Shown here one piece after another: positions 16,817 through 24,717 of a stretch of 64,000 bases of DNA (its first letter is position 1; each line of letters opens with the position of its first letter). A program made the translations under genes and the position numbers. The notes beneath the pieces were generated by a model. That model saw only the letters and a program-made list of their open reading frames with translations. It was not told the DNA's origin and made no database searches. The DNA is from Oscillospiraceae bacterium (GTDB lineage: Bacteria > Bacillota > Clostridia > Oscillospirales > Oscillospiraceae), in NCBI GenBank assembly GCA_902793285.1, contig CADBCV010000009.1, positions 1,210 to 65,209 of the forward strand, in the 5' to 3' direction.

Positions 16817-18079
16817 TTAAGATGCTGTCTCCAGATTGCTCAATTTGAATATGTCCTGCTGCGCGATCTCGTTCAGGATTTCCGTATCCATCAGAAGCAG
16901 GAAGGCGTCCAGCAGTTCCGGGTCGAACTGTGTGCCGCGCCCGCGGAGCATCTCACCCCGGATCGTCTCCGGGGGCAAGCCCTTGCGGTAAATCCGGTCA
17001 GAGCGCATGGCATCGTAGGCGTCGGCAATCGCTACCGCCCGGGCGTGGAGCGGAATCTCACTGCCCTTGAGCCGGTCGGGATAGCCTCTGCCGTCATAGC
17101 GCTCATGGTGATGTCGGGCAACCTGGGCCGCTTCCTGAAGGCTGCCGGATTGGTTCAGGATCTCATCGCCGATCGTCGTGTGGGATTTGATGACGGCAAA
17201 CTCCTCGTCCGTCAGGCGTCCCGGCTTGTTCAGGACAAGATCGGGCACCCCGATTTTGCCGATGTCATGCAGCAGCCCCTCCACGCCCAGCACTTGAATC
17301 TCATCCTCGCTCCACCGGAGGCTCCGGGCCAGCGCCATGGAATACCGGGAAACCCGGAAGGAGTGGCCGTTTGTGTATTTATCCTTTGCGTCGATCGTCA
17401 CGGCGAGGGTCTGGACGATCTCCCGGGTCAGCGTCTCCAGCTTGTCCGCTCGCTCGTTTGCGATCTTTGTCTGCTTCTCCACCTCGCGGCTCAGCTCCTC
17501 CTGGTAGCTCTGCTCCAGCAGGGAAACCCGGTGGTACTGCGCCATGGCAATTGCGGTAAAAATCGTCAGGCTTGCAAACAGCAGCGGGAAGCGGGTCATG
17601 AAAGCGTCCGTGTAATACATGGACATACGCGCTTTGAGCGGGGTGTAGAACACGACAAAATACAGCACTGTGTAGTACACCGACAGCAGGATGCCATATT
17701 TGACGCTCACAAAATAGCACATCCCGATTGGCAGCAGGATCGACCAGAGCATGGCCGTCCCCTCGGCCAGACCGAAGAAGGTATAGATCGTGAACACGAT
17801 CGCGCAAAAAACCGTGGGAATGACGGCAGCCGCCTCCCGTTTTTTGAACACCCCAGCGCAGATTCCGCAGCCCAGCCCGCCGAGGAAGGTGTTGAAGGCG
17901 GCGACAGTCATGATCGTTTCGCCCTTTGCAATGTCATACACGGTCAGCACCAGACCCAGCGCCGCCGTGACGATGCTGACAGCCACAAGCGCGCGAAGAT
18001 TCGCCTCAAGTCTCTCCCCGGTGTATATGGAACGGCTGAGCATACGCCATTCCTGTTTCAATCTTTCAAACATGTCCAT
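16817..18079 (-). CDS. Membrane-anchored HD-GYP domain protein (putative c-di-GMP phosphodiesterase)
   Basis: 420 aa with about 6 N-terminal TM helices, a coiled linker, then the HD-GYP motifs GLLHDIGK and HHERYDGRGYP. Confidence 0.85.
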   Translation of the reverse strand: MDMFERLKQEWRMLSRSIYTGERLEANLRALVAVSIVTAALGLVLTVYDIAKGETIMTVAAFNTFLGGLGCGICAGVFKKREAAAVIPTVFCAIVFTIYTFFGLAEGTAMLWSILLPIGMCYFVSVKYGILLSVYYTVLYFVVFYTPLKARMSMYYTDAFMTRFPLLFASLTIFTAIAMAQYHRVSLLEQSYQEELSREVEKQTKIANERADKLETLTREIVQTLAVTIDAKDKYTNGHSFRVSRYSMALARSLRWSEDEIQVLGVEGLLHDIGKIGVPDLVLNKPGRLTDEEFAVIKSHTTIGDEILNQSGSLQEAAQVARHHHERYDGRGYPDRLKGSEIPLHARAVAIADAYDAMRSDRIYRKGLPPETIRGEMLRGRGTQFDPELLDAFLLLMDTEILNEIAQQDIFKLSNLETAS

Positions 18080-18221
18080 CCCCTTTCCATTCTCTCCAAA
18101 TCAAAATCATATGAATTCCGCTGATCCACAAAATGTCTGCATTGTATATGGTTTTAATACGTGTTAAACAGTCTATCGCTATGAAGCAAAAATGAATGAG
18201 CTGTTCCGCCCTTGAAAAAAA

Positions 18222-18869
18222 TCACGGCCTTGCGTAGGTATTCAGGATCATGCGCTTGAGGATCATCAGTTCCTTTGTCAAATCATCCGGGTCACTGCCA
18301 TGCACGATCACGCCCTGGGCATAGCGGCCGCAAACGGCCAGCATGATGTGCATCGTCGTGTTGAACATCGTCTGTTCCGGCTCATCCGTGCGGATGCTGC
18401 CGTCACGCAGGCCTTTTTCGTAGAGCCTGTGGAACTTCCGTGCAAACAGCTCAACGGACAGGATATAGTCCCGAAGCTGCTCCTCCGCTGCCTGCTCATG
18501 TACGATATAGCCGTTGAAATTCTGGTTAAAGCGGAGCAGATCGCGATGCTCCCGATAGAGCAGGATATACATACTGAGATAAAAGTCCAGCTCCTCCGCG
18601 GCGTTCATCATTTCTCCCCCGCGGCGGGCGTATTCCGCCTCGATCTCAGCGAAGAACTCCGTCCACATCTTTGCCCCAACGGCAATGACGAACACGAGCT
18701 TTGTATTGAAGTAGCGGTACAGCGTGGCGATGCCGAGATCGCAGGCTTTGGCGACCTCCTGCATGGTGACCGCCTCGATGCCTTTCTCCGCGAACAGACG
18801 GAATCCCTCTTTCAGCATAGTTTCCCGCCGTGCCGCCATCTCGATCTCATCTTTTTCCAGATTCCTCAT
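18222..18869 (-). CDS. TetR/AcrR family transcriptional regulator
   Basis: 215 aa with the N-terminal HTH VTMQEVAKACDLGIATLYRYFNTK. Confidence 0.85.
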   Translation of the reverse strand: MRNLEKDEIEMAARRETMLKEGFRLFAEKGIEAVTMQEVAKACDLGIATLYRYFNTKLVFVIAVGAKMWTEFFAEIEAEYARRGGEMMNAAEELDFYLSMYILLYREHRDLLRFNQNFNGYIVHEQAAEEQLRDYILSVELFARKFHRLYEKGLRDGSIRTDEPEQTMFNTTMHIMLAVCGRYAQGVIVHGSDPDDLTKELMILKRMILNTYARP

Positions 18870-18898
18870 CTATAATACCTTTCCCGCAAAATGATAGA

Positions 18899-18935
18899 AG
18901 GTTTACTGCGATATTGATAATATCACAGTAAACCT
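18899..18935. promoter_or_regulatory. 37-bp palindrome, candidate operator upstream of the TetR gene
   Basis: AGGTTTACTGCGATATT-gat-AATATCACAGTAAACCT, with core TTTACTGCG (18902-18910)-N13-CACAGTAAA (18924-18932). It lies 30 nt upstream of the TetR start. Confidence 0.6.
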
Positions 18936-19153
18936 ATGGAGTCAAGATGCAAAACGTTCGCATCTTCAGCGCCGACTGCGAAAGCTGTTGCGCGGTGTCC
19001 GCCGCTTTGAATCGACTGAGGCGCAAACGGTTTTCCGAAAATGAAGATGCACCCGCCCACCGCCCGGCAAGGGCAGACTGCCATGGTTCACAGCGTCTGC
19101 GCCCGGAACGAGAGACAGCGGAATGGCGCGGATGCCGCGTCTTCGCATAGTTT

Positions 19154-19200
19154 ACGCCCGTCGGCTGCTTTGAAAGTTAAGCAGTCGGCGGGCGTTTTTG
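19154..19200. terminator. Terminator hairpin between the TetR-divergent region and fucO
   Basis: ACGCCCGTCGGCTGCTT-tgaaagtt-AAGCAGTCGGCGGGCGT followed by TTTTT on the plus strand. The U-tract is plus-oriented, although the nearest gene end (fucO stop at 19204) is on the minus strand. Confidence 0.65.
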
Positions 19201-19203
19201 TAC

Positions 19204-20352
19204 TTACATCAGGCTGCGGTAGAGGGCGGCGATCTCCTCGACGCTGGTGTCGCGGGGGTTGCCGGGGCAGCAGGCGTCGGCGAAGGCGGACTCGGACAGG
19301 AACTGCACGTCCTCATCCTTCACGATCTCCTTGAGGTCGGCGGGGATGCCGACATCGTGGCCGAGTTTCTTGACGGCGGCGATGGTGGCCTTTGCCGCGT
19401 CCTCATCGTTCATGGAGTCGATGTAGGGGACCTCCATGGCGCGGCCGATGGCGCGGTAGCGCTCGCCGGCGACGGGCATGTTGTACTCAAGGCCGAGGGG
19501 CAGCAGGATCGCGCAGGCGACGCCGTGGGGCGTATCATACAGAGCGGACAGGCCGTGGGCCATGGAGTGGACGATGCCGAGGCCGACGTTACTAAAGCCC
19601 ATGCCGGCGATATACTGGCCGAGGGCCATACCTTCGCGGCCGGCCTCGTCGTTCTCGACGGCGGCGCGGAGGTTCTTCGCGATCAGGCGGATGGCCTCGA
19701 GGTGGAACATGTCGGAGATGGTGCAGTGGCCCCTGGTGATGTAGCCCTCGATGGCGTGGGTCAGGGCGTCCATACCGGTGGCGGCGGTGAGGGGCTTCGG
19801 CATGGAGTACATCATCTCGGGATCAACGACGGCGACCTCGGGGATGTCGTTGACATCGACGCAGACGAACTTGCGCTTCTTCTCCACGTCGGTGATGACG
19901 TAGTTGATGGTGACCTCGGCCGCGGTGCCGGCGGTGGTGGGCACGGCGATGGTGAAGACCGCGTGCTGCTTCGTGGGGGCCACGCCCTCGAGAGAGCGGA
20001 CGTCGGCAAACTCGGGATTATTCACGATGATGCCGATGGCCTTGGAGGTGTCCATGACGGAGCCGCCGCCGACGGCGATGATGCAGTCGGCATTGAATTC
20101 CTTGAATGCCTTGACGCCGTTCTGGACGTTCTCGATGGTGGGGTTGGGCTTGATGTCGGTGTAGAAGGTGTGCTGAACGCCGATCTCATCGAGCACGTCC
20201 GTGATTTTCTTGATCTCGCCGGACTTGACGACGTGGCGGCCGGAGGCGATGAAGGCGCGCTTATAGCCGCGGCGGGAGAGCTCCCCGCCGATCTCCTTGA
20301 CGGCGCCGACGCCGTGGTAGGATACGGGATTGAGTACGATGCGATTAGCCAT
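19204..20352 (-). CDS. fucO: Iron-containing alcohol dehydrogenase, lactaldehyde reductase-like
   Basis: 382 aa with group III ADH motifs GGGSVMDTSKA, TTAGTAAEVT, GMDALTHAIE and HGVACAILLP. It follows rhaD by 27 nt. Confidence 0.85.
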   Translation of the reverse strand: MANRIVLNPVSYHGVGAVKEIGGELSRRGYKRAFIASGRHVVKSGEIKKITDVLDEIGVQHTFYTDIKPNPTIENVQNGVKAFKEFNADCIIAVGGGSVMDTSKAIGIIVNNPEFADVRSLEGVAPTKQHAVFTIAVPTTAGTAAEVTINYVITDVEKKRKFVCVDVNDIPEVAVVDPEMMYSMPKPLTAATGMDALTHAIEGYITRGHCTISDMFHLEAIRLIAKNLRAAVENDEAGREGMALGQYIAGMGFSNVGLGIVHSMAHGLSALYDTPHGVACAILLPLGLEYNMPVAGERYRAIGRAMEVPYIDSMNDEDAAKATIAAVKKLGHDVGIPADLKEIVKDEDVQFLSESAFADACCPGNPRDTSVEEIAALYRSLM

Positions 20353-20379
20353 GTTATTATCTCCTTTTCAAATTGATTT

Positions 20380-21192
20380 TCAGTCTAAGTAACCCTCGCG
20401 GCCCTTGACGCCGAAGCGGGCCTCAAGCTCATGCATCATGTCGTCCGTGATGGTGTTGACGCGCGGCAGATGGGCGATCTTCATGTAGATCTCGGCGGCC
20501 TTCTCGGCGGTCTCGATGAGGCCGAAGGTCTCGTCCAGATCCTTGCCCGCGCCGTAGATGCCGTGCAGGGACCAGACCACGAGGCGCGCGGTGAGCATCT
20601 TCTCGGCGGTAGCTTCGCCGATCTCGTTGGTGCCGCAGAGCATCCAGGGCAGCACGTTCACGCCGTCGGGGAAGACCACGATGCATTCGGTGCACATCTG
20701 CCAGAGGGTGCGGGTGAACTCCCGCTCGTCCAGCGCGTGGACATAGGTCATGGCCAGGAGGTTTGCCGGGTGGCAGTGCATGACGACGTGATTCTCGGGA
20801 TCGACCTTGAGGCGTGCCACATGGCTCATCATGTGGGCAGGAAACTCACTCGTGAACTTGCCGCCGTCGGTATAGCCCCAGAGAAGCTCTGCATTTTCGC
20901 CGCCGTCCGTCAGGCGCACAAGGCCGAGGTTTACGTCGGGGGCGTACTGCACATTCTTGAAGTACTTGCCGGTGCCGGTGACGAGGAAGTATTTGCCGTC
21001 AAGCTCCGGGGCCTTGAACCCGGTGGGGATCGTGCGCAGGACCTTGCCGGTATCAAGATACTCCTTTACTTCCGATTCGTCAAGCAGGAGGCTGATGTTG
21101 CCGCCGTTGCGCTCGTCCCAGCCGTGGTTGTACATGTTGGTGGTGGTGCGGATCATCTCCACCATAAAGGGCGCAGTGAGGATGTCTTTCAT
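20380..21192 (-). CDS. rhaD: Rhamnulose-1-phosphate aldolase (class II aldolase)
   Basis: The ATG at 21192 (MKDILTAPF...) has a GGAAAGGAGA RBS. It aligns by eye along its full length with E. coli RhaD as I remember it (GWDERNGGN, VTGTGKYFKN, MHCHP, VVFPDGVNVLPWM, TNEIG, LDETFGLIETAEKA). Confidence 0.85.
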   Translation of the reverse strand: MKDILTAPFMVEMIRTTTNMYNHGWDERNGGNISLLLDESEVKEYLDTGKVLRTIPTGFKAPELDGKYFLVTGTGKYFKNVQYAPDVNLGLVRLTDGGENAELLWGYTDGGKFTSEFPAHMMSHVARLKVDPENHVVMHCHPANLLAMTYVHALDEREFTRTLWQMCTECIVVFPDGVNVLPWMLCGTNEIGEATAEKMLTARLVVWSLHGIYGAGKDLDETFGLIETAEKAAEIYMKIAHLPRVNTITDDMMHELEARFGVKGREGYLD

Positions 21193-21198
21193 TTCAAA

Positions 21199-21325
21199 TC
21201 TCCTTTCCTTATAGGCTCCCTCTCCGAGGGAGCTGGCACCAGTGCGCACACTGGTGACTGAGGGAGTCTCCTTTCCTTATAGGCTCCCTCTCTGAGGGAG
21301 CTGGCACCAGTGCGCACACTGGTGA
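21199..21325. repeat. Tandem 68-bp hairpin+SD repeat, family B (1.9 copies) between the isomerase and rhaD
   Basis: Units at 21199-21266 and 21267-21325. In mRNA sense each unit reads CTCCCTCAGT-CACCAGTG-TGCG-CACTGGTG-CCAG-CTCCCTC-NNN-GAGGGAG-CCTATAAGGAAAGGAGA. Confidence 0.95.
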
Positions 21326-21350
21326 GTCTCCTTCTATATCTCAGAATACC

Positions 21351-21427
21351 TGTCATTCTGAGCGAAGCGAAGAATCCCGTATGGTTGCGCTGTACCGGGG
21401 GATCCTTCGCTGACGCTCAGGATGACA
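21351..21427. repeat. 77-bp imperfect hairpin element, family C, copy 1
   Basis: TGTCATTCTGAGCGAAGCGAAGAATCCC...GGGGATCCTTCGCTGACGCTCAGGATGACA. A second copy is at 61767-61843. Confidence 0.85.
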
Positions 21428-21434
21428 GCAAACT

Positions 21435-22856
21435 TTATCTCGTGATCACATCCACGGGGACGTTGAAGATCTTCGCGACCTTGAGGATCGTGTCGATATG
21501 GCGCCCGGAGGCTGCGGCCATGTGGTGGGTGGGGCCGGCCTCGCTCCACTTGTTGCAGAACTCGCGCGCGCCGCAGGTAAAACGGGTGCGCATGTTGGTG
21601 TCGCCGAAGGTGAAGATGGGGCCGGGCTCGTTGACGCCTTCAGCCACGACGAACTTGAAGTGGCCGTCCCGGTCCTGGGTGATGCCGAGATAGGTCACCG
21701 GGCCCTCGGCGGGATAGAACTGGGTGAGATACCCGCCGCCGGTCTTGCCGTGGAAGACGGGCACGATCTTCATGGTGGGCTTTTTCGCCTTTGAAATGTC
21801 CGCGTCGCCGGAGCCGGAGTGTCCGATGATGCAGATATCCTCGTTAAAGTCGATGGAGTACATTTCCGAAAGCTGACCCATGCCGGAGATGGTCTTGAGG
21901 ATGCTCATCGCCATGGCGACCTTGATGTCGCCCTCAACGGCGCAGGCGGTGCCCTGCTTGATGAGCATGGAGAAGGCGGGGATCAGCATGGAGTCGAGCT
22001 TGCCTGCCACGCCCTGGGCAAAGCCGTCATAGTGGCTGGCCACGAAGCCCAGCTGCTCGTCCTTCACCCACTGCTCGAAGGCGACGACGTATTTCGCCAT
22101 GTCCCAGACTTTTTCGACCGTGCCGCCGCCCTCGATATCGAAGGTGTTCAGGATATCCTCGGCTTTGGCGCGGATCGCGGCCTCGTCGGTGATATCGTCG
22201 GCAATGGCCCACATCTTCTCCCAATCAAACTGCTTGGTATAGAGGAACATCCGGTGGTAGAGGTTGGTCTCGTCGATGTACAGGTCCATCATGCCGGGGT
22301 AGGGTCTGCCGATCTGGGCAAGGTTCGTGTCCCGGAAACGGCGGCGCACCTGGGCGGCCTTGCACCAGTCGGCGATCTCGGCGTCGACTTCGGGGTCGCC
22401 GCCCTCCACCACCCCGGTGATGACCGCGTGGCGCTTGCCGGCGCGCTCCAGATCCGCCACCATCTCGCCCACCGCGCCGCAGGCGTAAAGCTCGCCCAGC
22501 CAGGTGGCGGTGTCGGTGTTGGCGTAATCCGGCGCTTTCTTCTTCTGGAGATTCACGAGCACCACCGGCACGTCCAGATCCCGGACGGCGGGCAGCATGT
22601 TGTAGGAGGTCGCGTAGGTCAGAAGCTGGAGGATCACGAGATCCACATCGGCGGCACGGAACTTATCCCCCGCTGCCATGGCCTTTTCTTTGGTGGTGAC
22701 GATGCCGCCGTCGATGAGCTCGACGGAGTCGGGGATGCGCTTTTTGAAGTCTGCGTACTGTGCCTCAAACTCCGGCACAAGGCTGGGAAACTGGGGCAGA
22801 TACGCCCCCAGCGCGATGGCGAACACGCCGACGCGCGCCTTGGTGTTGACTAACAT
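21435..22856 (-). CDS. L-arabinose/L-fucose isomerase-family sugar isomerase (occupies the isomerase slot of the rha-like operon)
   Basis: 473 aa with AraA-like motifs by eye: VEGDIKVAMAMSILKTI (compare E. coli AraA GEGDWKTAALLRIMKVM) and the C-terminal GPTHHMAAASGRHIDTILKVAKIFNVPVDVI. Confidence 0.7.
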   Translation of the reverse strand: MLVNTKARVGVFAIALGAYLPQFPSLVPEFEAQYADFKKRIPDSVELIDGGIVTTKEKAMAAGDKFRAADVDLVILQLLTYATSYNMLPAVRDLDVPVVLVNLQKKKAPDYANTDTATWLGELYACGAVGEMVADLERAGKRHAVITGVVEGGDPEVDAEIADWCKAAQVRRRFRDTNLAQIGRPYPGMMDLYIDETNLYHRMFLYTKQFDWEKMWAIADDITDEAAIRAKAEDILNTFDIEGGGTVEKVWDMAKYVVAFEQWVKDEQLGFVASHYDGFAQGVAGKLDSMLIPAFSMLIKQGTACAVEGDIKVAMAMSILKTISGMGQLSEMYSIDFNEDICIIGHSGSGDADISKAKKPTMKIVPVFHGKTGGGYLTQFYPAEGPVTYLGITQDRDGHFKFVVAEGVNEPGPIFTFGDTNMRTRFTCGAREFCNKWSEAGPTHHMAAASGRHIDTILKVAKIFNVPVDVITR

Positions 22857-22861
22857 TTCAA

Positions 22862-23055
22862 TCTCCTTTCCTTATAGGCTCCCTCTCCGAGGGAGCTGGC
22901 ACCAGTGCGCACACTGGTGACTGAGGGAGTTTCCTTTCCTTATAGGCTCCCTCCCTGAGGGAGCTGGCACCAGTGCGCACACTGGTGACTGAGGGAGTCT
23001 CCTTTCCTTATAGGCTCCCTCTCTGAGGGAGCTGGCACCAGTGCGCACACTGGTG
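22862..23055. repeat. Tandem 68-bp hairpin+SD repeat, family B (2.9 copies) between rhaB and the isomerase
   Basis: Units at 22862-22929 (identical to 21199-21266), 22930-22997 and 22998-23055. The last unit in mRNA sense supplies the RBS of the isomerase gene. Confidence 0.95.
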
Positions 23056-23139
23056 GCTGTCCGTTAACGCTCAACTCCCTCCACCGCTGAAGCGGTCCCC
23101 CTCCCTCATTCGCCGCAAGCGGCTGAGGGAGAGGCATGT

Positions 23140-24408
23140 TTATATGCTCATTTGTATTTTCAGGTTTCCGATCGCCGTGGCCTCGATGGGCAGGGCGATG
23201 ACCTTTTTGCCGCTCGCCTCTTTGGTCAGGCGGTTGAGGAAGGCGTTCTTCGCACCGCCGCCCACGATGTAGATGCTGCCATAGTGTTTGCCGGTATTGT
23301 GCTGGAGCTCCTCGATGGCATTCATGTAACTGAGCGCCAAGCTCCGGTAAGCGCAGCGGAAGTAGTCGCCCACGTTCTGGGGCTTCATGGTGAGGGCCGC
23401 GTCAAAGGCGGCCTTCATGCTCTCGGGGGCGAGGAAGGATTGGGCGTTCGCGTCCACCGTCTCCTCAAAGGAACTGGCCTCCGCCTCGGCAACGATCCCG
23501 CCGAAGGGCTTGTCCGGGCAGAGTTCACTGCGCAGGCGGTTTACAAGCCACATGCCCATGATGTTTTTCTGGTAGCGGTTGTAGCCCACGCCGCCCTCGT
23601 TGGACCAGTTGGCAAGCTCGGAGGCGGCATTGGTGATGGGCTTCGGAGTCTTGACGCCCAAGAGGCTCCAGGTCCCAGAGGAGATGTAGGGCGCATCCTC
23701 CGTCATGGGGATGCCCTCCACCGCGGAGCCCGTGTCGTGCGTCGCGCAGAGGACGACCTTGATGCCCTCATATTCGCCGATGACCGTGCCCGGCTGCTGG
23801 AGCTTGTGGAACAGCTGTTCCGGCAGGCCCAGGGCCTCGATGATCGCGGGGTCAAACTCCCCCGTCTCGGCGCTGACCATGCCGCCGGTGGTGGCGTTGG
23901 TGTACTCGTGGGATTTCACGCCGCAGAGCCTGTACATCAGGTACTCCGGCATCATCAGGAAATCCGTCACGCCCTCCAGGCGTCCGGCCTTCTTGTCGGC
24001 ATAGAGCTGATAGAGGGTGTTGAAGGGTTGGAACTGGATACCGGTGCGGCGGTAGAGCTCCGAAAACGGGATGCGCTTGTGCACCTCGTAGATCATGGGC
24101 TCTGTGCGGCTGTCGCGGTAGGCGTAGCAGGGATAGACAGTCTCATCGCCCTTGAGGAGCACGTAGTCCACGCCCCAGGTATCCACGGACAGGCTCTCGA
24201 TTTTGCCGAAGCGCTCCCGCGCCTTTTCGATGCCGGTCTTCACATGATCGCACAGGGCGTCAATGTCCCAGGTCAAATGCCCGTCTTTTTCCGTGACGCC
24301 GTTCGGGAAGCGGTAGAGCTCTTCGGTTTTTACTTCGCCGTCTTCCGTCCAGCCGACAATGTGGCGCCCGGAGGAGGCGCCGATATCCACGGCAAGATAA
24401 TACTTCAT
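23140..24408 (-). CDS. rhaB: Rhamnulokinase (FGGY carbohydrate kinase)
   Basis: The ATG at 24408 (MKYYLAVDIGASSGRH). RhaB-like blocks are DTWGVDYVLL, YRDSRT, TGIQFQPFNTLYQL, YTNATT, SSGTWSLLG, NIMGMWL and VGGGAKN. Confidence 0.85.
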   Translation of the reverse strand: MKYYLAVDIGASSGRHIVGWTEDGEVKTEELYRFPNGVTEKDGHLTWDIDALCDHVKTGIEKARERFGKIESLSVDTWGVDYVLLKGDETVYPCYAYRDSRTEPMIYEVHKRIPFSELYRRTGIQFQPFNTLYQLYADKKAGRLEGVTDFLMMPEYLMYRLCGVKSHEYTNATTGGMVSAETGEFDPAIIEALGLPEQLFHKLQQPGTVIGEYEGIKVVLCATHDTGSAVEGIPMTEDAPYISSGTWSLLGVKTPKPITNAASELANWSNEGGVGYNRYQKNIMGMWLVNRLRSELCPDKPFGGIVAEAEASSFEETVDANAQSFLAPESMKAAFDAALTMKPQNVGDYFRCAYRSLALSYMNAIEELQHNTGKHYGSIYIVGGGAKNAFLNRLTKEASGKKVIALPIEATAIGNLKIQMSI

Positions 24409-24641
24409 GGAAAATCCCCCTTTTCCTTTGCGCTTAGTATAAAGGATCGGGCGGGCGTTTTCCAAGGTCGGGAGTTTTCCGAAAAAGTGTCTTGATTTGC
24501 AAATGAATCCCGCCGCCCCGGGATGCGGCCCGAGGCCGCTCTTTTCGGCAGCCGGGCAGAGCGACGTTCCGCACAGGCCACGGCGCTTTGGACCGGGGGG
24601 CGGCGCGCAGGCAGTTTGGCCGCAAGATCAAATTTTTTCCC

Positions 24642-24670
24642 TTGCCTGATGGGACCCGCCATGCTATACT
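24642..24670 (+). promoter_or_regulatory. Candidate sigma-A promoter of the amidohydrolase gene
   Basis: TTGCCT at 24642-24647, a 17-nt spacer, TATACT at 24665-24670. Confidence 0.5.
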
Positions 24671-24717
24671 GTTAAAAAATTTGAATTTTTGAATTATTTA
24701 AAGGAGCGTATGTCTGC

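Noticed and set aside
22862-23055. Possible CRISPR array, because of regularly repeated GC-rich palindromic units.
   Set aside because: The units are directly contiguous (68-bp period, no unique spacers) and are part of an operon's intercistronic mRNA. No cas genes are present.
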